25,498 nucleotides of DNA from an uncultured Nitrososphaerota archaeon (GCA_964518475.1 CAZFGR010000023.1:1-25498); one strand, 5' to 3'; positions 16,123 to 25,498 are shown, counted from the first letter of the stretch. A program made the numbers and translations. The notes: generated by a model not told the origin, from the sequence alone.

Positions 16123-19029
16123 ATGAAATTAATTCCATTGTTAATAAAGACGCTAAAAAGCAAATTCAAACTCTTTACCTTTATTCTAGCCATAGTAATT
16201 TTGACGACGAGCATGATTACTAGCGTTTTCCTAGTGTCTGACTACTTAACATATGCTACTGCTAAAGAAACGTACTCTACTCTCCCAGTGGATATTGTAA
16301 CAATAATTGATTTCCGATCCCCACCTCCACCTCTTAGTGACTACGTTAATATTTATAGAGTGTTGATGAAGAAAGAGTATATCATTGACGCCCATTTCTT
16401 GTATCATTCCATACTATTCAGGGTAGATATGATAGATTATACGAATGGTAAGATATTTAGATGGGAAGAAGCTGATGTCTCAGCAATCATTCTAGGAATT
16501 AACTTCAGCGATCCGTTCTGGAGAGAGCAAGTAGAATTATTAAATGATAGTACATATCCTCTAGAAAATTACGAAATCATCATCGATAGAGAATTCGCGG
16601 ATTTTGGTAACGTTTCCCGAGGCCACATAATTAACTTCTTATCACTTGACTACGACACAACACTTCCGTTTAACTTGACTGTTACTGGAAAATACGTACC
16701 CGGAGATTTTCTGCTTCGCCATATAAATGATTTCGCTAGAGAAGCTGGTTATTACGGAATATTTATTTGCAACATTGAAACAGCCACGAAAATTCTAGAG
16801 AAACTATTCACACCTTACATATATTCATTCTACTACTACATATGGGTCGACAGGGATTTGCTGATAAATCCATGGGATGAATACACGACATTAAATAGGC
16901 TCTCTAACTTAACGAGTGAAATTTTATTAACGATTTCTTCTGCACGTGTGATCTCTAGTTTCAGCATTAGAATCACCAACTTACTTCATATCAGAATGAT
17001 GGAGTATTATGCAACGGTGAGGAAGTATAGGTCGCAAATCTCATTCATCGTGGTTCTAGTCATAATATTTGTCGCAATAACGAATCTAATAAGTGGTGAA
17101 TTGACTTCTGAGACTAGGAGGAGAGAAATAGGTTTGTTAAAGATTCGTGGTGGAAACATTAGGACTCTCTATTTAGTATTTCTCATGGAGTGGATTCTAC
17201 TGGGGATACTAGGTGGTCTTTTTGGATTCTTGTTGAGTCCGGTGACAGCTTCTGTAATGGTCTTTGCTGTGTCCTCATATTATGCATCCAAATACTCCAT
17301 TATTGAGCCGTTTTTGAGAGTTTTTAGTAGTTATTTCTACACATCGATAATTTTTGCGATAGCTTTAAGCTTGTTTACTGTAATTCTCCCGGCCAGAAGA
17401 GCTGCTAAGTTAGAACCTTTAGAAGCTATACAGGATTATGTGGAGAGCGAGGAATTAACTGCCAGTACTATAGATATTAGACCAGCAGTAGTGCTTCTCC
17501 TAATAGGAGGATATTTTCTCGTAGATTTTCTTTTGAACATGAGAATTATGAATTCTTTAGTAAAGTTTGCCTATAATGTGGGTTACTCAGTACTAATAGA
17601 TGTTGTCGATATTCTCTACTTTATAGAAATAACAATAATGCCGTTCCTATCCCCATTCCTCATAGCTGTGGGGGCAATAGCTATTGTAGTTGGCTTATCC
17701 GATAAACTGGCAAAAGTATTTGAGCTAATAATCAAACCATTCCTAAAAGAGACCACAGTAACAGCTGTAAAGAATCTAAGTAGAAGACCGACGAGAACAA
17801 TACTTGTCTTGTTTATCTTAGCTTTCACGATAATATCAAACATTACCATGGGTGGTGGTATAGCAACAGCTAAGAGTCACATGATTACAGAGGCAAGACT
17901 AGCGATTGGAGCTGACATTAAAGTCACAATCTATTCCGTGAGAGATCTAGCATCTTTGAATAGAACGATAATTTCCACGATATATTCCATCAATGGCGTG
18001 GATATTGTTATTCGAAGCTACATAAAACATGTTGAAATTTACATGCTTGGATTGTGGCAAAAGATAACCGTTATTGGAATAGATCCAATATACTTTACAT
18101 CGCCCTCTTTCAAGAATGAGTACTTAGTAATTACTAAAAACGCGAGTAGGATAGCGGAACTTCTCAAAGAGAACTACAGCATTATAAACATGGGTGCTGT
18201 TAAGAGAAATATGTTGCCTATAAACGCGACAATCTCAGTAGGCCGGGTACCTGGAAGGAGACTATCGCTAATACAATATAAGTTAATTGACTACTACTTC
18301 TTCTTGCCAGGAATATTCTCGGATATATTTACGCCGCAAATAGACGAGAGTATGTACCTAGTTGTGGGCTTTGATACTTTCTGGAACGCCTTTGCTAGAA
18401 TATATTTCCATCTAGTACCAGAGGAGCTTATATTGCTAATCCATGTGAGCAAGGGTGCGGATCCGGAAGCCATAGCTAAAAAGATTCAGGAAAAAATGAA
18501 CTTCTACCAGTTAAAGGGCTCCGTACAAGTTCTTGAAAACGTTATATTCAATATACTAAACAAGGAGTACAGTAGTGCACTCCTATCCCTATATGAGACC
18601 AGTCTATTGTTCTCATCTACACTGGTAGTCCTAGTAGTCTTCATAGTAATAACTATCAGCATATACGAAAGACGTAGAGAATTAGCTTTACTCAGAGTAC
18701 GTGGCTTTAGAAAGAATCTAATAGCAAAATTACTGATTGGTGAAGGATTACTAGCCATCATTATTGCATTAACAATAAGTATACCAGTATCTGTTCTAAT
18801 GGTGATTTCATGGATTGGTGGAAGTACGAAGATTCTTCCATTCATAGATATTTACCTAAAGACGTATTCTGGAATATATTATCCTCCGGAATGGGTACTA
18901 TTCGTGATACCTCCTTACCAAATAGTGTATCTCACGGTTATTTTGAGCTCAGTAATACTCTCCTATACAATTCCATTCCTGATACTTACCCGCAAACCCA
19001 TGCCCGAAGAAGTAAGAATACATCATTAA
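16123..19029 (+). CDS. MacB/FtsX-family (type VII) ABC transporter permease, internally duplicated
   Basis: Two FtsX signatures RRREIGLLKIRG and ERRRELALLRVRG; PARRAAKLEPLEA; two large extracellular domains. Confidence 0.92.
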   Translation: MKLIPLLIKTLKSKFKLFTFILAIVILTTSMITSVFLVSDYLTYATAKETYSTLPVDIVTIIDFRSPPPPLSDYVNIYRVLMKKEYIIDAHFLYHSILFRVDMIDYTNGKIFRWEEADVSAIILGINFSDPFWREQVELLNDSTYPLENYEIIIDREFADFGNVSRGHIINFLSLDYDTTLPFNLTVTGKYVPGDFLLRHINDFAREAGYYGIFICNIETATKILEKLFTPYIYSFYYYIWVDRDLLINPWDEYTTLNRLSNLTSEILLTISSARVISSFSIRITNLLHIRMMEYYATVRKYRSQISFIVVLVIIFVAITNLISGELTSETRRREIGLLKIRGGNIRTLYLVFLMEWILLGILGGLFGFLLSPVTASVMVFAVSSYYASKYSIIEPFLRVFSSYFYTSIIFAIALSLFTVILPARRAAKLEPLEAIQDYVESEELTASTIDIRPAVVLLLIGGYFLVDFLLNMRIMNSLVKFAYNVGYSVLIDVVDILYFIEITIMPFLSPFLIAVGAIAIVVGLSDKLAKVFELIIKPFLKETTVTAVKNLSRRPTRTILVLFILAFTIISNITMGGGIATAKSHMITEARLAIGADIKVTIYSVRDLASLNRTIISTIYSINGVDIVIRSYIKHVEIYMLGLWQKITVIGIDPIYFTSPSFKNEYLVITKNASRIAELLKENYSIINMGAVKRNMLPINATISVGRVPGRRLSLIQYKLIDYYFFLPGIFSDIFTPQIDESMYLVVGFDTFWNAFARIYFHLVPEELILLIHVSKGADPEAIAKKIQEKMNFYQLKGSVQVLENVIFNILNKEYSSALLSLYETSLLFSSTLVVLVVFIVITISIYERRRELALLRVRGFRKNLIAKLLIGEGLLAIIIALTISIPVSVLMVISWIGGSTKILPFIDIYLKTYSGIYYPPEWVLFVIPPYQIVYLTVILSSVILSYTIPFLILTRKPMPEEVRIHH

Positions 19030-19044
19030 GGAGGTAGAGCGTGT

Positions 19045-19950
19045 ATGGCGTCTCCTCTAATAATATGTAATAATGTTGTAAAAATTTATAGAAGCGGTAA
19101 AGTAAAGGTAACAGCGCTACGAGGCCTCAATCTAAAGGTGAAGGAGGGAGAGTTCAGAGCGATCGTTGGACCATCAGGAAGCGGCAAAACTACTCTATTG
19201 AATCTTATCGGGGGGATGGATAAGCCAGATGCTGGAGAAATAATTGTTGATGGGGAGGATATTTCTAAGTACGACGAGAAGAAATTGTACGAGTACAGAC
19301 TTCGGAAAGTCGGATTCGTTTTCCAATTCTTTAATCTAATACCCACTCTTACAGCACTTGAAAATGTGGAATTACCGATGATACTGGCTGGGTATCCTAG
19401 GGAGAAGAGGCTTGAAAGAGCAAAAATGTTACTGAAAAGAGTAGGATTAGGAGACAAAATGGATAGGCGGCCAGGAGAGTTATCTGGTGGGGAACAACAA
19501 AGGGTCGCTATTGCTGTTGCCCTTGCTAATGATCCTCCGATAATCCTTGCGGATGAGCCTACGGGAGAATTAGATACTGCGACTAGTAGGGAGATAGCTG
19601 AGTTATTTAGAGAGCTTCACCGAGAAATGGGCAAGACCATAATAATTGTTACCCATGACCTCTCGATAGCCATGTATGCTGAGAAGATAAGTAGGATGGA
19701 GGATGGAAGAATAATAATGGATGTAACTCCAGCCGAGATGGAAACTTACGTTTTAGCTCCTGCAAAAACAGCAGAGATAGTGGCGAGATTAGAGGCTAGG
19801 AAAAGAGAGATTTTGGAAGAGATTTCAAAGCTTGAGCATGATTTCAAATCTAATCTCATTGACGCAGAAACTTTCGTGAACAGATACATGGAGCTGAAAA
19901 GTATCTTAGAGCATATTGATACTGAGTTGAAGAAGTATACTCTAACGTAA
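19045..19950 (+). CDS. ABC transporter ATP-binding protein (LolD/MacB type) with C-terminal helical extension
   Basis: GPSGSGKT, VFQFFNL, LSGGEQQRVAIA, ILADEPTG, VTHD; GGAGG SD; about 70 extra C-terminal residues. Confidence 0.95.
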   Translation: MASPLIICNNVVKIYRSGKVKVTALRGLNLKVKEGEFRAIVGPSGSGKTTLLNLIGGMDKPDAGEIIVDGEDISKYDEKKLYEYRLRKVGFVFQFFNLIPTLTALENVELPMILAGYPREKRLERAKMLLKRVGLGDKMDRRPGELSGGEQQRVAIAVALANDPPIILADEPTGELDTATSREIAELFRELHREMGKTIIIVTHDLSIAMYAEKISRMEDGRIIMDVTPAEMETYVLAPAKTAEIVARLEARKREILEEISKLEHDFKSNLIDAETFVNRYMELKSILEHIDTELKKYTLT

Positions 19951-20146
19951 CATATTACTAATCTTCAAATTTCTTTTCCAGTACTTGGAAGTATCTCTCA
20001 AAACGGTAGATTTCTCAACTTTTTGTTTTTTCTCTTGGTAGAAGTTTTTGATAATTTACTATTTACCTGTAACTTATTCATGTAAGAACTTGGAATATGT
20101 ATGATAGTATTATTAAGATAGTATTGAAGTAAAATGTCTTACTTGA

Positions 20147-21982
20147 GTGGTTTTTTCTTCTAGTGATCTTGCGGTGAATAGATTGGGTAGACTAATACCA
20201 CCTCTAGAGGAATTAACAATCGAGGGATTTAAACAAGCTTTTAGAAGGATTCTCGAGTATAAGAAAAAGGCTGGGATGACCCCTATTCTCAATAATCCTC
20301 CAGATCAAGAACTATTTGCCAGAGCGGCTCTGTACGGTAATAGATACAGTAATGGATCTTGGGGTTGGGCATCGAATATTTGGCATAGATCAGCCGCTAA
20401 TACTGTTGTTATTAACAGTGATGACGAACTTCAATACGAGCATAAATTATTGATGTTAAGGGTTCTTGAACACATTCTGGCTCAGGGACCTTTAATAAGG
20501 GTTGATGGATACGTTGGTAAGCCTGGAACAAAGGCTCAAATGCATGCTGCTGTATACGTGGACCCCCAGTTCCCAGATATAGCTTATAGGTGGAGACAAC
20601 TAGTTTTTCCAGCCCCACCAGATGAGAAACTGGACGTTGAGATTATTGTTATCCCCCACTATTTGCGAAACCCAAACATTCCGGGAACTGATAGAATGTT
20701 AATGGTTATGCGTTTTCCGTATCATGGCTTAACGATAATAACAGCTAGCTCTTATCAGGGAGAGGTGAAGAAAGCGGTTCTCACGCACTGGATATACCAT
20801 GTTTATAAGAGAGGCGGTACTGGAGAACATGCTTCATTAAGAGAGTTTACTGTGAAGAGAGTTGATGGTACTTGGAAACGTATCGTATTAGCAATCTGGG
20901 GTCTTACTGGTACTGGGAAGTCCACCCATGGACTCTATGTGTGGACGCCTAGGAACGCGAAAATATACATAGAACAGTTTGGTATTAATCCTCTAGAATA
21001 TGTTAAGGATCAAGTAATCAAGAACGATGATATCATTGCTATCTTTGAGGATACCGTTATAGGCTCCGAAAGAGGCTGTTGGACAAAAACTGAGGATCTG
21101 ACGCCAGAGCAGGAAGCTATGTGGAGAGCAGCAACGAGCCCTAGAGCTTTGCATGAGAACACCGATTTTGATGAAAACGGCAATCCCATATTTACGGGTG
21201 AAGTATTCCAGTACTTCGGAGCTCCTAACAAGAACTCTAGAAGCGTTATTTATCTGGAGGATACTGGGTATTTTGATGGAGATGTCCAATCGAGTGGGCC
21301 ACTGACCACAGCTGTTTTTCTAAGTCCGGGGTATTTCACAGAATATGCGTGGGTAAAAATAGTTGACCCAGCACTCGCTGCAAAGGCTCTAGCTGATGGT
21401 AGGACTATTGGTCATCCCGCCCAGGCTAAGGAGGTTATTGGGAGAATAAGATACGTGGCCAGGTTCGCACAACCTTTCACGATTGGAGCATCAAACACTG
21501 ATCATGTTGTAAGGTTCTACCAATTCCTTAAGAAGAGGATAGAGCAAGGAGATCCTATAGAAGTCTATATGTTTAACACTACTGGACGAATTATAGCGAA
21601 GTATGAATGGGTGGAGAAAGAATTTGATGGAAAGAAACTAGAAGTGCCCGAGCCTGTGCTTGTTGAAGTCGATGGAATACCTAAAGCGGTCGGTGGAACG
21701 AGACCCACTATAGAGGAGACAGAGCTCTTTCTCCTACAAGCAGTAAGAGGTGCTGTTAAATATAAACCACATCCAGTCTGGGGCGAAAAAGTATTAGTTC
21801 CTGCTGAAGTACCTGGTCTATCCCAGAAGAGGCTAAGAGAGCTAGATCCGACATCCTATGTTTCAATGGAAGAATTCAAACGCTTACTAAAAGCTCAAAT
21901 AGAAGTAAGCAAGTATTATCTGAACAAGAACTGCCCAGGACTACCAGAAGAGATTTACCACGCAATGGATTTCGAGGATTAA
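20147..21982 (+). CDS. pckA: Phosphoenolpyruvate carboxykinase, ATP-dependent type
   Basis: YQGEVKK, EHAS, WGLTGTGKST P-loop, KNDD, SERGCWTKTEDL, LHEN, NSRS, YMFNTTG. Start codon uncertain. Confidence 0.82.
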   Translation: MVFSSSDLAVNRLGRLIPPLEELTIEGFKQAFRRILEYKKKAGMTPILNNPPDQELFARAALYGNRYSNGSWGWASNIWHRSAANTVVINSDDELQYEHKLLMLRVLEHILAQGPLIRVDGYVGKPGTKAQMHAAVYVDPQFPDIAYRWRQLVFPAPPDEKLDVEIIVIPHYLRNPNIPGTDRMLMVMRFPYHGLTIITASSYQGEVKKAVLTHWIYHVYKRGGTGEHASLREFTVKRVDGTWKRIVLAIWGLTGTGKSTHGLYVWTPRNAKIYIEQFGINPLEYVKDQVIKNDDIIAIFEDTVIGSERGCWTKTEDLTPEQEAMWRAATSPRALHENTDFDENGNPIFTGEVFQYFGAPNKNSRSVIYLEDTGYFDGDVQSSGPLTTAVFLSPGYFTEYAWVKIVDPALAAKALADGRTIGHPAQAKEVIGRIRYVARFAQPFTIGASNTDHVVRFYQFLKKRIEQGDPIEVYMFNTTGRIIAKYEWVEKEFDGKKLEVPEPVLVEVDGIPKAVGGTRPTIEETELFLLQAVRGAVKYKPHPVWGEKVLVPAEVPGLSQKRLRELDPTSYVSMEEFKRLLKAQIEVSKYYLNKNCPGLPEEIYHAMDFED

Positions 21983-22026
21983 ACTTTTTCTATTTCTATC
22001 ACTTTTTATTGGAGGATTAGAAAAGA

Positions 22027-23193
22027 ATGGATAAGAAGGTTTTCTACATCAGTTTATCTACAGTAACCTTCTATATTACCATAGGTGCATCCAATATAGC
22101 TTTACAAACATTGTTCAAGGATACTGTCTCAGATTCCTTGATAGCCTTATTCATGGTGGCGAACTGGCTACCTCTCCTAATAGCCTCTCCCCTATGGGGT
22201 AGGATTGCAGATAAGTACGACAGAGAAAAGCTACTACTTATGACTACTATAGTTATCAGCGGCTTAATATTCTTTCTTCACTCAGTATTTACACAGTACA
22301 TTCAAGCAATCATTCTGCGTGCAATGTTTGGTTTATTCACGGCAGCCTTTCTTCCAACAGCTACAGCAATGCTGCTGCGCGGTGCAGCCTCTGAAAAGAC
22401 TGGTAAAAAAGCATCCATATTCAACCTTAGTAGGTCCTTAGGTTTCTTGCTCTCTGGCTATATAGTATCTGCAATCTTATACGTGCTAGATGTTCTCAGT
22501 ATTTTCTGGATAGGAGCATTGGTATTACTCATATCCGCGATCTCTCTGATCCCAATATCTAGTGAGAGAAAAAATATTCACTATGATATGTCTAACAATG
22601 ATTCATTGAAACGCTCTTTGCTTCCTGGCAGAGGGTTTATCACTAGGAATAACGGGCATTTCTTGGTAATAGCTCTAGCCTTAAGGCACGCAAATATCAT
22701 GAGCATAAACTCTATAATTTTTGTATATATGATGAGGTGTGGTATTCCAGATTACCTAACGGGAGCTATAAGCTCCTTTAATACATTAACTCAAATAGTT
22801 CTAATGTATCCACTAGGTCGATTGGCCGATAAAATAGGTAGAAAACCCCTCTTCATGACTGGTTTACTTCTCTCAACGATTTTTCCGTTAATTTTCCTAA
22901 TAGCAAATAATGCTATAATGTTCAGTATAGGATTCATAGTGATCGGATTAAGCTTCTCTACACTAATCTCAGGAGCGACACCATTTTTCAAAGACATCGC
23001 TCCTGAGGGTAGAGAAGCTGAATCTCTCTCATTCCTTAATATATCAAGAGGAGTAGGGGCTATCATTGGTCCATTAATAACAAGTGTTGTTATAGCTACA
23101 TATGGATACGAGATACTTTTCTTGATTATCTCTGGCTTAACAGTATTAGCAACAATATTAGCGGCTTTGGTAAAGGAAACTCTAAGAAACTAG
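22027..23193 (+). CDS. MFS transporter (12 TM)
   Basis: Motif A twice: WGRIADKYDRE and GRLADKIGRK; GAIIGP; GGAGG SD. Confidence 0.92.
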   Translation: MDKKVFYISLSTVTFYITIGASNIALQTLFKDTVSDSLIALFMVANWLPLLIASPLWGRIADKYDREKLLLMTTIVISGLIFFLHSVFTQYIQAIILRAMFGLFTAAFLPTATAMLLRGAASEKTGKKASIFNLSRSLGFLLSGYIVSAILYVLDVLSIFWIGALVLLISAISLIPISSERKNIHYDMSNNDSLKRSLLPGRGFITRNNGHFLVIALALRHANIMSINSIIFVYMMRCGIPDYLTGAISSFNTLTQIVLMYPLGRLADKIGRKPLFMTGLLLSTIFPLIFLIANNAIMFSIGFIVIGLSFSTLISGATPFFKDIAPEGREAESLSFLNISRGVGAIIGPLITSVVIATYGYEILFLIISGLTVLATILAALVKETLRN

Positions 23194-23293
23194 CCTAAAA
23201 CATCCAGAAAAATAAACATATTGCCATTCTCAACGAGCTTTAGAAATCGTTCTCCTCTAAAGAACGCATTTGTGTCCAAAAAACTCTACTCAT
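23190..23293 (-). pseudogene. Frameshifted, truncated PIN-domain (VapC-like) toxin fragment
   Basis: ATG overlaps the restored antitoxin stop (ATGA). Adding one T to the T6 run (plus-strand A 23278-23283) gives MSRVFLDTNAFFRGERFLKLVENG..., the PIN N-terminal VFLDTN motif; it then stops after about 34 codons at the end of the MFS gene. Confidence 0.65.
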
Positions 23294-23578
23294 ATAGCAT
23301 CCCTTAATAAGGCCTTACTAATACGTTTCTGAGTTTCAATTTCCTCAATCTCTGATAGGCCCGCCTCTTCAACTAGTCTAAACCAATCCTTGATGGCTTT
23401 TATTTTTTTCCTTCCTCTTGTATTCTTCGATAATTTCTAGAATTTTCTCAATTTCCGATTTCCTAGGGGATGCGATAATAACGTTCCCCATCTTAGCAAT
23501 AAACACATCACGCATATTCTTGAAGAGTAGAACTACTCTCCCTTTAGAATCTACTTTCCTCTTCATAATTTCACTCAT
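23290..23578 (-). pseudogene. AbrB/MazE/SpoVT-family antitoxin (VapB-like), frameshifted
   Basis: From ATG 23578: MSEIMKRKVDSKGRVVL (AbrB K-V-D-x-K-G-R-x-x-L). Removing one A from the A7 run (plus-strand T 23403-23409) extends it as EKIKAIKDWFRLVEEAGLSEIEEIETQKRISKALLRDAI*, ending on the toxin ATG. Confidence 0.72.
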
Positions 23579-23758
23579 AAGTACCACCATTAAGTGGGAA
23601 ACTATAATAATTAATCCCCCCAATAGTAAAAAATATTCATACAAGCCTCACAAAAAGATATTATATACTGCCGAAAATAGTTAATACAAGAACCCAGTAT
23701 TAACAAAATCCTTCAACTGCTTTAGTGAGTTGAAAAATTGAAAAAGAAGAATAGGGAA

Positions 23759-24613
23759 TTATTCTTCTTTCTCCTCTTCTTTTTCGACAAGTTTTTCGAG
23801 GAGCTCAACCGTTTTTTGGAGATACGGAGCCTCCTCTTTCTTTATCCTCTGTTCATCAATTATTTTCTTGATTTTTTCGGGATTTGGAACACCATAGAGA
23901 ATATAACTCGATCTTCCTCGTGGAACAGTGACCCCTTTGGCTCCTTCCACAGCAACACCTGCTCCAACCTCACCCACTGGAGTCTTTCTACCAACACCAG
24001 TTCCAACAGCTACTTTTGCTAAGTCCTCTCCAGTTCCTAAACCAGAAGCTGTTAAAGGTATGATTGTTCCGTAGTCAAGTATTCTTCCCAGAAAGCCCTG
24101 GTCTAGAACAACATCTGTTATTTTTGAGTATAGTATATCTCGCTCTTTATGACCGAGGAAGCCGAGCTTAGCAATGATTCTATAGTTTGTTAGGATATAT
24201 TCATGACCCCTCCTATAGAGATCAGCGAGTATTATGCCTATTATAGAGACTCCTATTGTTACATAGTATAGATCCAGGGGAGTCGCACTCCACTTAATCA
24301 CAGCATAAGTACCTATTGCAGCGATAAAGACGTATAATATGACCCATCGCCAAGAAATCCTGAGTATAGAGAATATTAGCGCTGGGATTATTAGAATGAT
24401 CCACCAGATAGCTATGAATGCTATATCTATGCCCACTGGGCCTAGGATTGGAGAGATGTACTGAGAAGCCCAAGAGATTATAGCGTCCTTCTCATAAATA
24501 ACGTATGCTCCAGTCACTAGATAGTATATAAAGAAGAGGTAGTAGGGCCAGAAAGAAACTGGATGCGGCTGCACTCTCGTAATTATTTTCTCGCCCTCTA
24601 ATAACTCTACCAT
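23759..24613 (-). CDS. Membrane protein with bacterial-type PH domain (bPH_2/DUF304-like)
   Basis: Likely start ATG 24613 (MVELLEGEKII..VQPH); four TM helices; YILTNYRII..GFL..ERDILYSKITDVVLDQGFLGRILDYGTI; GVPNPEKI. Confidence 0.85.
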   Translation of the reverse strand: MVELLEGEKIITRVQPHPVSFWPYYLFFIYYLVTGAYVIYEKDAIISWASQYISPILGPVGIDIAFIAIWWIILIIPALIFSILRISWRWVILYVFIAAIGTYAVIKWSATPLDLYYVTIGVSIIGIILADLYRRGHEYILTNYRIIAKLGFLGHKERDILYSKITDVVLDQGFLGRILDYGTIIPLTASGLGTGEDLAKVAVGTGVGRKTPVGEVGAGVAVEGAKGVTVPRGRSSYILYGVPNPEKIKKIIDEQRIKKEEAPYLQKTVELLEKLVEKEEEKEE

Positions 24614-24644
24614 AAAAAACAGCTCCAAGCTATGTGTTGCAAAT

Positions 24645-24656
24645 CATATAGTATGT
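24645..24656. promoter_or_regulatory. Candidate palindromic operator CATA-TAG-TATG (copy 2)
   Basis: Same 12-mer as 16023-16034; lies between a minus-strand TTTATAAA box (about 24658-24665) and the bPH gene start. Confidence 0.3.
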
Positions 24657-24793
24657 ATTTTATAAAATTTAAAATAATCTTGTCAATGAATCTATCACAT
24701 GTTAAGAGTAGCAATGAATTTGCTCTGAATGCTTATTAATTCCCGTTTCAGCATTCTTGATTACTTGACATTGTTTCAAAGAAATTATTTCAA

Positions 24794-24836
24794 TAAAGAT
24801 TTATATTGTTTATAGGCATAGTTTTTACTGGTGTGA
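24794..24836 (+). promoter_or_regulatory. Probable archaeal BRE/TATA promoter and SD for the gene at 24841
   Basis: AAAGA-TTTATA at 24795-24805 and GGTGTGA at 24830-24836. Confidence 0.45.
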
Positions 24837-24840
24837 TGCC

Positions 24841-25413
24841 ATGTTCACTGGATCAATAGAGATCCAGTTAGAGGAATTCTCCGCAACAAATGATCAAATA
24901 ACATTGATATCGAGTGATAGAAATAATTACATAATTTCTCGAAGCTCTATAAGCTATGCAAGAAACGGACCAAGCATTTTCCCCAGGAACATCAAATTAA
25001 TCCTAGGAATTCTTCTAATAGTGACTGGATGCGCATTTATATCCTCTTCCTTCATTCTATCATATATAGGTGCTTACTTCGAGATTCTCCTAGGAGCACT
25101 CCTTATCCTTATAAGACCAACGCTACCAGAAAAAATACCACCTCCTTACAAAGTATTTGGAATCTTTCTATTACTCATAGGGGTTATACCGAATATCTGG
25201 TTAGGAGGGTTCATATCATTCGCAATGCTATCAATACTTACTGGAATAGCGTTACTACTGATACGAGTAGAACATGCTTGCGAAATAGGACTAACAAACG
25301 GAAAAACATTCATAATCAGGGGAAGAGAAGACTTATTAAATACCCTCTACCAGACCTTAACACAAACGCCAACTCAACAAACAGCAACAAGAAGAGAGAA
25401 CACGCCCAAATAA
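24841..25413 (+). CDS. Hypothetical membrane protein with a duplicated TM hairpin (4 TM)
   Basis: Good SD and ATG; repeats FPRNIKLILGILLIVTG..ILLGALLILIR and IPPPYKVFGIFLLLIG..ILTGIALLLIR; T/Q-rich tail. Confidence 0.75.
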   Translation: MFTGSIEIQLEEFSATNDQITLISSDRNNYIISRSSISYARNGPSIFPRNIKLILGILLIVTGCAFISSSFILSYIGAYFEILLGALLILIRPTLPEKIPPPYKVFGIFLLLIGVIPNIWLGGFISFAMLSILTGIALLLIRVEHACEIGLTNGKTFIIRGREDLLNTLYQTLTQTPTQQTATRRENTPK

Positions 25414-25498
25414 TAAAAAAACCAAAAAATAGCTAAAAACATAGTGATGTTTTTATGGGGGTGGTCTATCTTTGATTCTCCAGTCTCTGACCCACACG

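Noticed and set aside
20147-21982. Functional link between PEP carboxykinase and the PTS genes
   Set aside because: About 19 kb apart with unrelated genes between; no evidence of co-regulation.
1132-25436. Short antisense or overlapping ORFs in the track (e.g. 1132-1323, 3333-3533, 4414-4746, 5221-5553, 12989-13291, 14595-14966, 19086-19457, 23738-24022, 25029-25436)
   Set aside because: They shadow well-supported genes and show no motifs or start signals.
1-25498. CRISPR array, tRNA or rRNA; type IV CRISPR reading of the DinG-like helicase
   Set aside because: No spaced direct repeats, cas-like genes or structured RNA genes were seen.
25453-25498. Possible 3' end of a minus-strand gene (..WVRDWRIKDRPPP*)
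   Set aside because: Only about 14 codons are visible; frame and product cannot be supported.

Overview
AT-rich, gene-dense window that looks archaeal (GGTG/GGAGG Shine-Dalgarno motifs, TTTATA boxes, T-rich gene ends, XPD-like and NurA/HerA genes); the lineage cannot be fixed from sequence alone. Left to right: two genes of a UlaA/UlaC-type PTS (partial EIIC, EIIA) separated by an orphan gene; a decayed IS200/IS605-family (TnpB-type) element with an intact right-end hairpin; a tightly coupled four-gene operon (membrane protein resembling an inactive zincin-like protease, a protein resembling a HerA/VirB4 fold without a Walker A, a membrane-anchored protein, and a compact Fe-S XPD/Rad3/DinG helicase); a convergent endonuclease IV-like gene that has lost most metal ligands; a stand-alone nurA-herA pair; an MBL hydrolase; a secreted M28 peptidase; a ChlI-like AAA+ gene and a vWA gene that a +1 slip at TTT-TTT-CGA would fuse into one ChlD-like protein; an ICMT-family methyltransferase; a MacB/FtsX-type ABC permease and ATPase; an ATP-type PEP carboxykinase; an MFS transporter; a frameshifted AbrB/VapC toxin-antitoxin remnant; a bPH-domain membrane protein; and a 4-TM hypothetical protein. 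The best candidates for undescribed biology are the membrane-protein/helicase operon with its neighbouring DNA-processing genes (2272-10201) and the possible chlI/chlD frameshift. All family calls come from motif recognition by eye, not database searches.
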